DNA of 47,018 nt from the NCBI GenBank assembly GCA_002423075.1, contig DIUS01000101.1, forward strand, positions 1 through 47,018. The letters run 5' to 3'. Below are positions 25,916 to 40,322 of this stretch, in pieces (position 1 is the stretch's first letter; every line of letters begins with the position of its first letter). A program made the translations under genes and the position numbers. The notes under the pieces were generated by a model that did not search any database, was not told where the DNA came from, and saw only the letters and a program-made list of their open reading frames with translations. This DNA comes from Microbacteriaceae bacterium UBA6152 (lineage in GTDB: Bacteria; Actinomycetota; Actinomycetes; Actinomycetales; Microbacteriaceae).

Positions 25916-26206
25916 TCAGTCGGCGCCGCGGATGACGAAGACGTCGGTCGGCGGGTTCGCGTCGTCGCGCGGCGCGGCGATCTCGGGCTCGAGCACGACG
26001 TCGACCACCTCGCGCGACTGCGTGCGGATCGCGGCCCGGGCCGCCGACGAGATCAGCACGACATCGGCGACGGTGGTGTTCGGGCCGAAGCCGAGTCGGG
26101 CGATCACGACGGGGGCGCCTCCGGCTGATTCGAGAACGTCGACGGTACCGACACTCTGCACTCCGGGCGTGGCCTCGAGCACTTCACGAATCGTCGTTGC
26201 GAGCAT
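25916..26206 (-). CDS. Hypothetical protein (cation-efflux C-terminal-like fold, tentative)
   Basis: GAGGAGG RBS; IREVLEATPGV..V..EP pattern. Confidence 0.6.
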   Translation of the reverse strand: MLATTIREVLEATPGVQSVGTVDVLESAGGAPVVIARLGFGPNTTVADVVLISSAARAAIRTQSREVVDVVLEPEIAAPRDDANPPTDVFVIRGAD

Positions 26207-26267
26207 CCCTGCCTCCTCGGTCGTCAGTTCCCCGTTCTGCGACTGCCCTCCAACCTACACTCGTGGC

Positions 26268-27095
26268 ATGAGCGAAACGTTGCCACCCATCGCCGTCCTC
26301 GGTTCGGGCTCGATGGGGGGCGCGATCTTGACCGGACTCCGTCAGCCCGGGGTTCGGGTCTCGGGGCTGCGCGCCACCACACGGTCGGACGCCTCTGCGG
26401 CAGCGCTGCGATCCGAAGGGATCGAAGCCCGCGGCGTCGAGCACGACTCTGAAGCGAACGCGTGGGCGGTGACGGATGCCCGCCTCGTGCTGCTCGGTGT
26501 GAAGCCCGCACAGATCACGGTCCTGCTGGCCGAGATCGCCCCGAGCCTGCACCCCGAGGCGCTCATCATCAGCGTCGCCGCGGGAGTCACGACCGACGCG
26601 ATGCAGGCGGTCGTGCCGAACCCGGTCGTGCGGGCCATGCCGAACACTCCGGCGCTCATCGGCCGCGGAGTCACGGGCATCAGCGGGGGCTCTCGCGCGA
26701 CGGCCGCGCACCTCGCGCTCGCCGACGACCTGTTCCGCACCGTCGGCACGGTCGTCGAGTTGCCCGAGTCGCAGATCGACGCGCTCTCGACGATCAGCGG
26801 CTCGGGGCCCGCCTACGTCTTCTTGCTCATCGAAGAGTTCACGCGCGCTGCCGTCGCGATGGGGTTCGAAGACGACGTCGCCGCTCTGCTCGTGCAGCAG
26901 ACGGTGCTGGGTGCTGCGCTGCTGCAAGAGGCGACCGCTGAGGATCCCGCCGAGCTGCGCCGGCGCGTCACGAGCCCGAAGGGCACGACCGAGCAGGCGA
27001 TCGCCGTGCTGCAGCAGGCCGACCTCGCCGGGTTGTTCGAGCGAGCGGCCGAGGCCGCTCTGCAACGGGCAAGGCAACTGGCCGCCGACGCATAG
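26268..27095 (+). CDS. proC: Pyrroline-5-carboxylate reductase
   Basis: GSGSMG, VKP, RAMPNTP, SGSGPAY, VTSPKGTT. Confidence 0.96.
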   Translation: MSETLPPIAVLGSGSMGGAILTGLRQPGVRVSGLRATTRSDASAAALRSEGIEARGVEHDSEANAWAVTDARLVLLGVKPAQITVLLAEIAPSLHPEALIISVAAGVTTDAMQAVVPNPVVRAMPNTPALIGRGVTGISGGSRATAAHLALADDLFRTVGTVVELPESQIDALSTISGSGPAYVFLLIEEFTRAAVAMGFEDDVAALLVQQTVLGAALLQEATAEDPAELRRRVTSPKGTTEQAIAVLQQADLAGLFERAAEAALQRARQLAADA

Positions 27096-27119
27096 AGCTG
27101 GCATAGAAACCTCATAGAG
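27091..27119 (+). promoter_or_regulatory. Three CATAGA(G/A) direct repeats, 11-bp period (OmpR-type site candidate)
   Basis: Copies at 27091, 27102, 27113. Confidence 0.5.
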
Positions 27120-27187
27120 AAGCACCTCACCGTGGGGTCATCGACTCGCGGTTCATCGCGGGTCACCGACCGCGAGGGAGCATCCCC

Positions 27188-27574
27188 ATGACCGATCAGA
27201 ACGACACGCCGCCACCCGCCGACGCGACCGCCCCGGCGGCCCCCGCCCCGCAACGGTCGGGTGCCCCGAGAGCGCTCGCCATCACGGGCATCGCGCTCGC
27301 TGGTGCGCTCGGCCTCGGCCTCGTCTTCGCCGCGGGCGTGGGTGTCGGCCGCGTGCTGCCCGACCACCGCGGCCCGATCACCGTCGAGGTGCGGGGCCCG
27401 GGCGGCGACCGCGGGGGCGAGGTGCAGCAGCGCATCGAGCAGCGCATGGGTGAGCGCATGGACGGGCGCGGCGAGCGGCGCGATGAGCGCTTCGATGAGC
27501 GCCGTGACCTGTTCGAGCAGTGGCTCGACGAGCAGAGCATCGACCCGGGGTCGCCCGCCGAGCCCACTGAGTAG
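27188..27574 (+). CDS. Single-TM membrane protein
   Basis: GAGGGAG RBS; TM then Arg/Glu/Gly-rich tail. Confidence 0.75.
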   Translation: MTDQNDTPPPADATAPAAPAPQRSGAPRALAITGIALAGALGLGLVFAAGVGVGRVLPDHRGPITVEVRGPGGDRGGEVQQRIEQRMGERMDGRGERRDERFDERRDLFEQWLDEQSIDPGSPAEPTE

Positions 27575-27611
27575 CTCGCAGTACGGCGCCGCCGGCGTCG
27601 GCCGGTTCGAC

Positions 27612-28283
27612 TCAGCTGTCGAGCGAGGCGAACCGGTCGATGTCGCTCTCGGTGCCCGAGACGATGATGAGGTCGTGGTTCGACACGACCGTCTGCTCGG
27701 TCGCGTAGGTGAAGGGCTTGCCAGGGCTCTTCACGCCGACCACGGTGATGTTGTACTTCGTGCGCACTTTCGAATCGGTGAGCGAGAGCCCCCGGATGGG
27801 CTTGGGCGGGTACATCTTGACGAGCACGAAGTCGTCGTCGAACTCGATGAAGTCGATCATGCGACCCGAGACCAGGTGTGCCACGCGTTCACCGGCTTCG
27901 GCCTCGGGGTAGATCACGTGATTCGCGCCGATGCGCGCAAGAATCTTGCCGTGCGACTGGCTGATGGCCTTCGCCCAGATCTGCGGAATCTTGAGGTCGA
28001 CGAGGTTCGCCGTGATGAGCACGCTCGACTCGATCGATGAGCCCGTTGCGACGACGGCGATGCTGAACTCGTCGGCACCGATCTGGCGCAGAGCATCCAG
28101 CGACCGGGCGTCGGCCTGCACCGCGTGCGTGACGCGCTCAGCCCACTTCTGCACGAGATTGGCGTCTTCGTCGACGGCGAGCACCTCGCGACCGAGGCGC
28201 TGCAATTGCCCGGCCGTGGCGGCGCCGAACCGGCCCAGACCGATGACCAGCACGGGTGCGTCGTGGCGGATTCTCTCAACCAA
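27612..28283 (-). CDS. trkA: Trk/Ktr potassium uptake NAD-binding subunit
   Basis: VIGLGRFG, YPE.EAG, TrkA-C domain. Confidence 0.93.
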   Translation of the reverse strand: MVERIRHDAPVLVIGLGRFGAATAGQLQRLGREVLAVDEDANLVQKWAERVTHAVQADARSLDALRQIGADEFSIAVVATGSSIESSVLITANLVDLKIPQIWAKAISQSHGKILARIGANHVIYPEAEAGERVAHLVSGRMIDFIEFDDDFVLVKMYPPKPIRGLSLTDSKVRTKYNITVVGVKSPGKPFTYATEQTVVSNHDLIIVSGTESDIDRFASLDS

Positions 28284-29730
28284 CGATGGGCCTCTCTTCT
28301 GCTCGGCGGAACAACTGCCGACGCTGACTGGCGGCGAGGGCCGCGGCCAGGGTCACTGTACCAACGCGACCCGCCCACATGGTCGCCGCGAGCACGTACT
28401 TCGCCGAGTCGGGCAGGTCGTTGCTCGTGAGACCGGTCGACAGACCGCAGGTCGCAAAGGCCGAGATGACGTCGAACAGCACGAAGTCGAGGGGCGCTTT
28501 GGTGATGTGCAGAATCGTCACGGTCGAGATCGCCACGATCGTGGCGCCCCACAGCACGATGCTGACCGCGAGACGCAGCACGTCGTTCGGAATACGGCGG
28601 TCGAAGGCCTCCATGTCGTCGACGCCTCGCGCTTCGGCGACCGCCGCGAAGAAGAGCACGGCGAGCGTCGTGACCTTGATGCCGCCGGCGGTCGAAGCCG
28701 AGCCGCCGCCGACGAACATGAGCATGTCGAGCACGAGCAGCGTCGAACCGTTCATGGCCCCGATGTCGACCGTGCTCAGGCCACCCGAGCGGGTCATGAT
28801 CGACGTGAAGACGGCCGTCATGGGCCGCACAGCACCGTCTTGCCCGCCGAGCGTTGCCGAGTTGCTCCACTCGAGCAGCAGGATGGCGAGGGCGCCGATG
28901 ACGATGAGAATCAGCGTGGTCACGAGCGTGATGCGGGCGTGGATGCTCAACCGTGCCCGCGACCGCGCCCAGCGTGCGAGCGCGAAGATGACCGGAAAGC
29001 CGATCGCGCCGAGGAAGACCGCGATCGAGAGCACCGACAGCATCCACGGGTCTGCCGCGAACGGCTCCATGCCGTCGGCGAAAGGCACGAAGCCGGTGTT
29101 CGTGAAGGCCGAAAGCGAGATGTAGAAGCCCTGCCAGATGGCCGTCCACACGTCGAAGCCTGCGATGAGCAATCGCGGTACGACGAGTGCGGTGATGACC
29201 AGTTCGATGATGATGGCGCTCGCTGCGACCGTGAACAGCAGCCCGCCGATCTCGCCGAGCCGCACGGCCTGAGATTCAGACACCGGCCCGGCATGCCCGC
29301 GCGCGGGGTTGGTGTCGCTCGCGGCGATGAGCTTCGCGCGCAGGCCGATGCGTCGAGCGACGATGAGTCCGAGAATGCTCGCCATCGTCAGCACGCCGAT
29401 GCCGCCGATCTGCATCGCGAGAATGATGACGACATTTCCGAAGGGCGACCAGTGCGTCGCCATATCGACCGTGACGAGACCGGTCACACAGATCGCCGAC
29501 ACAGCGGTGAACACGGCGTCGGCCAGAGGGGTTGCGCCCGTGCCGCTGCCGGCTCTCGCGATCGGGAGCGTCAGCAGCAGGGTGGTGATGAGGATCAGCC
29601 CTGTGAAGACGACGATCGCGAAGCGCGCGGGCGACACCGTCGCGGCCGCGCCCACAGCCGACCAGGCTCGCACGATCGGATTCGTCGGCTCGTCGCGACG
29701 GTTGCCGCGAATGCGGTTGCTCGTGGCCAT
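28276..29730 (-). CDS. trkH: Trk/Ktr potassium uptake membrane subunit
   Basis: SAICVTGL, SAFTNTGF, STAGGIKVTT, SAFATCGLS. Confidence 0.94.
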   Translation of the reverse strand: MATSNRIRGNRRDEPTNPIVRAWSAVGAAATVSPARFAIVVFTGLILITTLLLTLPIARAGSGTGATPLADAVFTAVSAICVTGLVTVDMATHWSPFGNVVIILAMQIGGIGVLTMASILGLIVARRIGLRAKLIAASDTNPARGHAGPVSESQAVRLGEIGGLLFTVAASAIIIELVITALVVPRLLIAGFDVWTAIWQGFYISLSAFTNTGFVPFADGMEPFAADPWMLSVLSIAVFLGAIGFPVIFALARWARSRARLSIHARITLVTTLILIVIGALAILLLEWSNSATLGGQDGAVRPMTAVFTSIMTRSGGLSTVDIGAMNGSTLLVLDMLMFVGGGSASTAGGIKVTTLAVLFFAAVAEARGVDDMEAFDRRIPNDVLRLAVSIVLWGATIVAISTVTILHITKAPLDFVLFDVISAFATCGLSTGLTSNDLPDSAKYVLAATMWAGRVGTVTLAAALAASQRRQLFRRAEERPIVG

Positions 29731-29799
29731 CGACGCTCCTCACCGGTCGGCAGACCGCGTGTCATGGTACTCCCGGCCCAGGCTGACTAGCCTGGTGTC

Positions 29800-30285
29800 A
29801 TGGCCGACATCTTCGACGTGATCGCCGACGCTACGCGACGCGAACTGCTGCAGCACCTTCTCGACGCCTCGCTGAGAGACGATACCGGTGCGGGCGAGCT
29901 CAGCGTGGGTGAGCTCGTCGAGCGCATGGACGCGACCCAGCCCACGGTGTCGAAGCACCTCAAGGTGTTGCGCGATCACGGCCTGGTCACCGTGCGCGAA
30001 GAGGGCCAGCACCGCTACTACGCGGTCGACGCCGGTCCGCTCGAAGAAGTCGAAGACTGGGTGATCTCGTTCTTGAGCGCGGGGTTCGACCCGAACGACG
30101 ACGCCCAGTCGCCCGTGTTCGCGGCCTGGGCCGGAGCCGATCTCGCCAACGCTGGCAGCTCGGTCGGTCGGGTCGCCGCTGATGCGTCGCACCGGGCGCA
30201 ATCGGTGATCCACGGTGCGCAAGAGAAGCTGCACGACGTGGGCGAGGCCGTGACGAAGCGCCTTCCGTGGAAGCACGGCGACTGA
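29800..30285 (+). CDS. ArsR/SmtB-family regulator
   Basis: IADATRR, QPTVSKHLKVLR. Confidence 0.9.
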   Translation: MADIFDVIADATRRELLQHLLDASLRDDTGAGELSVGELVERMDATQPTVSKHLKVLRDHGLVTVREEGQHRYYAVDAGPLEEVEDWVISFLSAGFDPNDDAQSPVFAAWAGADLANAGSSVGRVAADASHRAQSVIHGAQEKLHDVGEAVTKRLPWKHGD

Positions 30286-30395
30286 CCTCCCCCGTTCGCG
30301 CGTCTTTACACGAGTCACACCAGCCCCTACCCTGAACGGCAGGCACTCGCGCCACACCGGCGCGCCGCCCCTGATGCCCTAAGGACGACCTGACC

Positions 30396-30590
30396 ATGAC
30401 CCGCGACCTCTCTGATGTGCGGTTTCTCACGGTGGCCGAGGTGGCCGACATGATGCGCGTGTCGACCATGACGGTCTACCGCATGGTGCATGCGGGCGAC
30501 CTTCCCGCCATCCGGTTCGGCCGCAGCTTCCGCATCCCCGAGTCGGCGGTCGCAGCGGCCATCGAGACGCCCATCGCCGACGTCGGCTAG
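30396..30590 (+). CDS. Excisionase-family HTH protein (Rv0500A-like, core gene)
   Basis: FLTVAEVADMMRVSTMTVYR..LPAIRFGRSFRIP. Confidence 0.92.
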   Translation: MTRDLSDVRFLTVAEVADMMRVSTMTVYRMVHAGDLPAIRFGRSFRIPESAVAAAIETPIADVG

Positions 30591-30661
30591 ACTCGGTCGG
30601 TACATGACACGGTCCTGAACGGGCCGTTGCTCCCGTTCAGTCGACGATCAGAGGATTTTCT

Positions 30662-30760
30662 ATGGGTTCAGTCATCAAGAAGCGGCGCAAGCGCATGGCG
30701 AAGAAGAAGCACCGCAAGCTGCTGCGCAAGACGCGTCACCAGCGCCGCAACAAGAAGTAG
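30662..30760 (+). CDS. 30S ribosomal protein bS22 (AURKAIP1/COX24 domain)
   Basis: [32 protein letters not shown]; below the ORF-track cutoff. Confidence 0.95.
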   Translation: MGSVIKKRRKRMAKKKHRKLLRKTRHQRRNKK

Positions 30761-30773
30761 GGCATCCGCCCCG

Positions 30774-30804
30774 AAAGCGCTCGGCCTCAGGGTCGGGCGC
30801 TTTT
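30774..30804 (+). terminator. Intrinsic terminator
   Basis: AAAGCGCTCGGCC-TCAG-GGTCGGGCGCTTTT. Confidence 0.8.
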
Positions 30805-30820
30805 GTCATGCTGTGGATGC

Positions 30821-31537
30821 TCAGGGGCGGTCGCGCATGATCGGCCAGCCGCGCGCCGCCGCGTAGCGGGCCAGGGCGGCATCCGGGTTCACGACCTGCT
30901 GGTGCCCGACGAGCTCGAGCAGAGGAATATCGTTGCGCGAATCGCTGTACGCCCAGCAGTCGCCGAGTCGCACGCCCTTCTCACCGGCCAGGCGACCGGC
31001 TGCGTCGGCCTTGTGCCCCGCGTGCATCACGGGCCCGAGCAGGGCGCCCGTGAAGACTCCGTCGACGCTCTCGATCTTCGTGCCGATCGCGCCCGTCAGC
31101 CCGAGCCGCTCGGCGATCACGCGCGCGCAGGCGTCGGGCGTCGCGGTAATCAACCACACCTCGTGCCCCTGCGCCAGATGCTCGCGGGCGCGCGCGACCA
31201 CGGCCGGGTGCAGCAGAGTGTGCAGGTGCCGGTCGTAGGTCTCGACGGCGATCGCCTCGAGCTCGAGCACCGAGTGCCCGGCCACGAGCTCGAGCGCGCG
31301 GTCGCGCACGGCCAGCTGGTGCCGGTAGTTCTCGCCTACCGACGTGAAGCGGGCCTGCTGCCAGGCGAACCGGGCGAGATCGCGCCAGCCGAGATGCCCA
31401 CGCTTCCAGGCGACGCGGCCCAGGTGATAGACGCTCGCGCCCCGCATCAGCGTGTTGTCCACGTCGAAGAACGCGATCACGGGCCGATCGGCGCGCGAGC
31501 GCGCGGCAGGGCCGGCGTCATCGTCGGGGGCAGACAT
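30821..31537 (-). CDS. HAD-IB family hydrolase (SerB-like)
   Basis: AFFDVDNTL, AYSDSRND. Confidence 0.9.
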   Translation of the reverse strand: MSAPDDDAGPAARSRADRPVIAFFDVDNTLMRGASVYHLGRVAWKRGHLGWRDLARFAWQQARFTSVGENYRHQLAVRDRALELVAGHSVLELEAIAVETYDRHLHTLLHPAVVARAREHLAQGHEVWLITATPDACARVIAERLGLTGAIGTKIESVDGVFTGALLGPVMHAGHKADAAGRLAGEKGVRLGDCWAYSDSRNDIPLLELVGHQQVVNPDAALARYAAARGWPIMRDRP

Positions 31538-31572
31538 CCCGATAAGCATAGGCAGGTGTCTAGGGTGGTCGT

Positions 31573-31827
31573 GTGCCCGCCACGATCGTGACCCTGTTGA
31601 GCAAGCCCGGCTGCCACTTGTGCGACGACGCACGTCAGGTCGTGCACGACGTGCTCACCGAGTTCGAGACGGTCGACCTCGTCGAGCGCTCGATTCTCGA
31701 CGACCCCGACCTGAACGCGCGGTACTGGGACGAGATTCCTGTGGTGCTCATCGACGATCAGGTGCACACGATCTACCGCGTCGACCCCGACCGACTGCGA
31801 GCGGCGCTCGCCGAGAGGAGCCCCTGA
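31573..31827 (+). CDS. Glutaredoxin-like protein (DUF836)
   Basis: KPGCHLC, IPVVLID. Confidence 0.9.
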   Translation: MPATIVTLLSKPGCHLCDDARQVVHDVLTEFETVDLVERSILDDPDLNARYWDEIPVVLIDDQVHTIYRVDPDRLRAALAERSP

Positions 31828-32534
31828 TGTGCGGTCGCTACGCCAACACCAAGAGCGGTGACGAGCTGGGTGCCTATTTCGAGGCCGACGAGGTCGACGA
31901 CGTGGCGATGCCGCCGAGCTGGAACATCGCCCCGACCCAGCAGGTTCCGATCGTCGTCGATCGAGTGCCGAAAGACGACCCCGAGGGGATGCCCTCCCGA
32001 CTGGTGACGGCGGCCCGCTGGTCGCTCGTGCCGCGGTGGGCCACCGAGCTCACCTCGACGTATCCGACGTTCAACGCCCGCAGCGAGACGGTGACCGAGA
32101 AGAGCACCTTCAAGAACGCGGTCGTGCGCTCGCGGGCGATCCTGCCCGCCGACGGCTACTACGAGTGGCACACCGTGGGAACGACCAAGACCCCGCACTA
32201 CATCACCGATCCCGAGGCTGGCGAGCTCGCCTTCGCGGGCCTCTATTCGTGGTGGCGAGCTCCGGTCGCCGACGGTGCCGAGCCGGGGCCCTGGGTGCTC
32301 ACCGCGACTATGCTGACGCGCGCGGCGCACGGGCCGGCGGCGAGCATCCACGACCGCGCTCCGGTGATGCTGCCGCGCGAGGTGTGGGACGAGTGGCTCG
32401 ACCCGACCGTCGAGGGCGACCAGTCGCTCGTCGACATGATCGTGGCCGAGAGCGAGGCCGTGCTCGAGCGGCTCGAGTTTCACGCAGTCGCGCCCCTGCG
32501 GGGCGACGGCCCGCAGTTGATCGAGCCGACCTAG
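31827..32534 (+). CDS. SRAP/HMCES (YedK-like) abasic-site protein
   Basis: MCGRY, WNIAPT, FNARSET, GYYEW, IHDR. Confidence 0.94.
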   Translation: MCGRYANTKSGDELGAYFEADEVDDVAMPPSWNIAPTQQVPIVVDRVPKDDPEGMPSRLVTAARWSLVPRWATELTSTYPTFNARSETVTEKSTFKNAVVRSRAILPADGYYEWHTVGTTKTPHYITDPEAGELAFAGLYSWWRAPVADGAEPGPWVLTATMLTRAAHGPAASIHDRAPVMLPREVWDEWLDPTVEGDQSLVDMIVAESEAVLERLEFHAVAPLRGDGPQLIEPT

Positions 32535-33046
32535 CAGCTGCCCCACAGGCCGAGGCGAGCATCCTGCGCCGCTCTCTCGGCCCGCTGCAGCTCGTTCCAG
32601 TAGCGGTCGTTGGGCTCGAAGAGCACCGCCCGTGCGTAGCCCTGCTCGACGAGCTCGAGGTTGATCGAGGTGCCGTCGGCGGCGAAGAGGTAGAGCAGCT
32701 CGCGGTCGTATTGATCGCGAGGGTCGCGGTCGTAGGTGAAGCCGATGGTGCTGCCGGGCGGCGCCAGAGCGGCCAGGGCCGCCTCTGCCTCGAGGCCGAA
32801 GCACTCGACGTCGGGAAAGACTTCGGGCGTATCGATGCCGATGAGCCGCACGCGCAGCTCGCGACCGTCGACCTCGAGCCGCAGGGTGTCGCCGTCGATG
32901 ACCGAGACGACCTCGCCCGTGCCGTCGGTCTGCGCCAGCGCGGGTGGAGCCGCCTGCTCGGCCTCGCCCTGCAGGCAGCCGTCGATCCCTCCGATGAGAC
33001 CGATGATGAGTGCGGCCGCGCTGAGTCGACGCGGCCACCGGTTCAT
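32531..33046 (-). CDS. Thermonuclease-family secreted nuclease
   Basis: VIDGDT, VRLIGIDTPE, DQYDR, GLW. Confidence 0.92.
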   Translation of the reverse strand: MNRWPRRLSAAALIIGLIGGIDGCLQGEAEQAAPPALAQTDGTGEVVSVIDGDTLRLEVDGRELRVRLIGIDTPEVFPDVECFGLEAEAALAALAPPGSTIGFTYDRDPRDQYDRELLYLFAADGTSINLELVEQGYARAVLFEPNDRYWNELQRAERAAQDARLGLWGSC

Positions 33047-33137
33047 GCTGTGAGGCTACCGGGCGACCCCTGACACGCAGATCGCACCGGCTTACACTGG
33101 CGATGCGGCCGAGAAGCCCAGCGGCGAAGGAGCAGTC

Positions 33138-33641
33138 ATGGCGACGAAGCAGTCAGACGGAATCGACCCGAGGTTCGATGCGGCCTTTCAGCGCGGTGGC
33201 GCAGGCGCGGCTCCCGCTCTCCGAGCCGATGCACCGCTGAAGGCCCCGCAGCTCGACGACGGTGTGGCCGTTGCGGGCGCGAGCACGGCGCGAGAGCGGA
33301 TGCCCGCCGTGCGCCGCGATGCGCTCGCGTTCGACTCCGCCGCGCCTGACGAGCGGCACTTCGAGATCGTTGTCGCGGGCAACCCGTGGCTGCGTGCGCT
33401 CTGGGTCGTCGGCGGCATCACGACGCTGCTCGGCTTCGTGCTGACGTTCTACGCAGAGTTCGCCTTCAGCGTTCCGCCGCCCTCGGGCATCTACGACCCG
33501 AGCGTCTACATCGTGCCCCGGTTGGCAGAGGCGCTCGCGCTTCCGCTCATCATCGCCGGCGTCGTCGCGCTCGTCGCGGCCACCACCCTGCGACTCGTGG
33601 CCTGGCGGCCGAGCGGCGCCCGCGCGATCGCGGGCGAGTAG
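33138..33641 (+). CDS. Two-TM membrane protein
   Basis: AAGGAG RBS; DPRFDAAFQRG; two TMs. Confidence 0.8.
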   Translation: MATKQSDGIDPRFDAAFQRGGAGAAPALRADAPLKAPQLDDGVAVAGASTARERMPAVRRDALAFDSAAPDERHFEIVVAGNPWLRALWVVGGITTLLGFVLTFYAEFAFSVPPPSGIYDPSVYIVPRLAEALALPLIIAGVVALVAATTLRLVAWRPSGARAIAGE

Positions 33642-33647
33642 CCGCCG

Positions 33648-34439
33648 CTACCGCTGGCAGCTCGGACAGAACCAGGTGATGCGCTCGGTGAGCGCGTCAT
33701 CGCCGAGCAGACCGCGACGGATGCGCGTGCCGCACCGTCGGCACGGCTTGCCGTCGCGGTGCGCGACCCACAGGCGCTCGCCGCGCCGCGTGTTGCCCGT
33801 GGTGGTGCGCTCGTCGCGATCTTTGTTCGCGCGGATCAGCCGCACGCCCAGATCGAGGGCCGCTTCGACGTCGACCGAGCCTGTGGGCGTCTCGGGCAGC
33901 ACCCCGCGCAAGAAGAGCAGCTCGTTGCGGTAGTCGTTGCCGAAGCCGGCGACGTTGCGCTGGTCGAGCAGCGCGAGGCCGATCGGCCGCTCGGGGTCGG
34001 CGGTCAGTCGGTGCAGCGCTTTGGCGCGGTCGAAGTCGGGGCCGAGCGGGTCGGGGCCCAGGTGGCCGACCACCTCGTGCTCGGCGTCGCGGGCGACGAG
34101 GTCGAGCTCGCCGAGCGCGAAGCCCACGGCTTGCCACGGCGGCCCGTCGGCCGCGCTCGTCTCGAGAACCATGCGCGCCTCGAACGCGGGGCGGCGCCAG
34201 CGCTCGCCGAGCCGCATGACGTGCCAGGCACCCTCCATCTTGAGGTGCGAGTGCACCGTGACGTCGCCGATGCGCATGAGCAGGTGCTTGCCGCGTGCGA
34301 CGACCTCATCGATGCGTCTTCCGCCCAGGTCGGCGGTCGCGAAGCGCGGCACGCGCACATCGCTGCGCAGCACCGTCTGCCCCGCGAGCGCGGCGTGCAG
34401 TCGCGCCGCCGCGCGGTGAACGGTGTCGCCCTCGGGCAT
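33648..34439 (-). CDS. nei: Fpg/Nei-family DNA glycosylase
   Basis: MPEGD, RGKHL, HLKMEG, LLDQR..AG.GN, zinc finger. Confidence 0.94.
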   Translation of the reverse strand: MPEGDTVHRAAARLHAALAGQTVLRSDVRVPRFATADLGGRRIDEVVARGKHLLMRIGDVTVHSHLKMEGAWHVMRLGERWRRPAFEARMVLETSAADGPPWQAVGFALGELDLVARDAEHEVVGHLGPDPLGPDFDRAKALHRLTADPERPIGLALLDQRNVAGFGNDYRNELLFLRGVLPETPTGSVDVEAALDLGVRLIRANKDRDERTTTGNTRRGERLWVAHRDGKPCRRCGTRIRRGLLGDDALTERITWFCPSCQR

Positions 34440-34449
34440 CGCTCCTCCC

Positions 34450-39027
<4,578 letters not shown>

Positions 39028-39067
39028 CCGCCCATTCTGGCCCCGCCCGCTGACAGCCCGCCTGCCC

Positions 39068-39703
39068 TCAGGCGTACTGCGCGCGCAAGAACGTGAGCAC
39101 GTCGGCGAGCTCGGGCTCGCTCACCGAGTGGCCCACGCCTTCATAGATGCGCTCGGTGAGGGTGACGTGGTGCGGCAGCCAGCGCTGGGTGGCCTCGACG
39201 AACGAGTCGGGGATCACCGTGTCGTGGGTGCCCCGGCCCCAGAACACCGGCGGGGCGAGCTCGGCGAGCCTCTCATCGGCGGGCGCCACGCCGGGCACGA
39301 CGAAGCCCGCGAGCGAGACGGCGAACGTGAAGCGCTCGGGGGCGTGGCGCAGAAGATGGATGCCCATCGCCCCGCCCTGCGAGAACCCCAGCAACCCGAC
39401 CGAGGTCGCGCTCACCCCGTCGAGCCAGTGCAGAATGCCGCGCGCCGCCGCGTCGGCGCCCTCGGATCTGCTCTCGTTGGTGGCGCCGTCGAGCTCGTAC
39501 CAGGCGTAGCCCGGACCCGCGCGCAAGGGAGCGCGCAGCGAGGCGATGACGGGCTGCAGCGGCAGGTGCGGTGCGAGCCCGAACAGGTCGCCCTCGTGCG
39601 AGCCGTAGCCGTGCAGCAGCACAAGCAGGGGGCGCCCGGCTCGTTCGGTCTCGGGAGCCGACCACAGCACGGCGCTGTCGTCGATCAACTGCATGGCACT
39701 CAT
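39068..39703 (-). CDS. Phospholipase/carboxylesterase
   Basis: LLHGYGS, GFSQG, D..I, GHS; start approximate. Confidence 0.9.
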   Translation of the reverse strand: MSAMQLIDDSAVLWSAPETERAGRPLLVLLHGYGSHEGDLFGLAPHLPLQPVIASLRAPLRAGPGYAWYELDGATNESRSEGADAAARGILHWLDGVSATSVGLLGFSQGGAMGIHLLRHAPERFTFAVSLAGFVVPGVAPADERLAELAPPVFWGRGTHDTVIPDSFVEATQRWLPHHVTLTERIYEGVGHSVSEPELADVLTFLRAQYA

Positions 39704-39758
39704 GGCGTCCATCGTGTCAGGTGCGCCCGAGATGCCGCCGCACGGGTGAGAATGGGGC

Positions 39759-40301
39759 ATGGCCTCTGTGCGCACCCCCGACCCGAACCCGGGCTGGCTC
39801 TCTGACGAGGAGCTCGAGCAGATTCGGCAGCGACTGCCGCTCGTCTACGTCGAAGCGATTCCCGTGCGCGTCGACGGCATGGGTGCAGTCACCGAGGTCG
39901 GCGTGCTGCTGAGGGTCAACGACGCCGGCAGCATCACCCGCACGCTCGTGAGCGGCCGCGTCATGTACGGCGAGACGTTGCGCGACGCCCTGTTCCGCCA
40001 CCTCGAGAAAGACCTCGGGCCGATGGCCTTCCCGCAGCTGCCCGCGTCGCCGACACCGTTCTCGGTGGCCGAATATTTTCCGTTTCCGAGCCCCACCCGA
40101 TTCAGCGACGATCGGCAGCACGCCGTGGCGCTCGCGTACGTCGTGCCCGTGACGGGAACCTGCGAGCCGCGGCAGGATGCGCTCGAGCTGACGTGGATGA
40201 CCCCCGACGAGGCGGCGTCGCAGCGCGTCGCCGACGAACTCGAGGGCGGGCGCGGCGCGCTGCTGCGCGCGGGCCTCGCATCGGTGGGCGTTCTGCCCTG
40301 A
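39759..40301 (+). CDS. NUDIX-fold protein (DUF4916-like)
   Basis: SGRVMYGETLRDALFRHLEKDLG. Confidence 0.85.
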   Translation: MASVRTPDPNPGWLSDEELEQIRQRLPLVYVEAIPVRVDGMGAVTEVGVLLRVNDAGSITRTLVSGRVMYGETLRDALFRHLEKDLGPMAFPQLPASPTPFSVAEYFPFPSPTRFSDDRQHAVALAYVVPVTGTCEPRQDALELTWMTPDEAASQRVADELEGGRGALLRAGLASVGVLP

Positions 40302-40322
40302 GGCGCGGTCGCGCCGCCGGCG

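Noticed and set aside
30396-30590. Excisionase of the prophage or of a second element
   Set aside because: Conserved core gene beside bS22 in actinobacteria; no integrase or att site nearby
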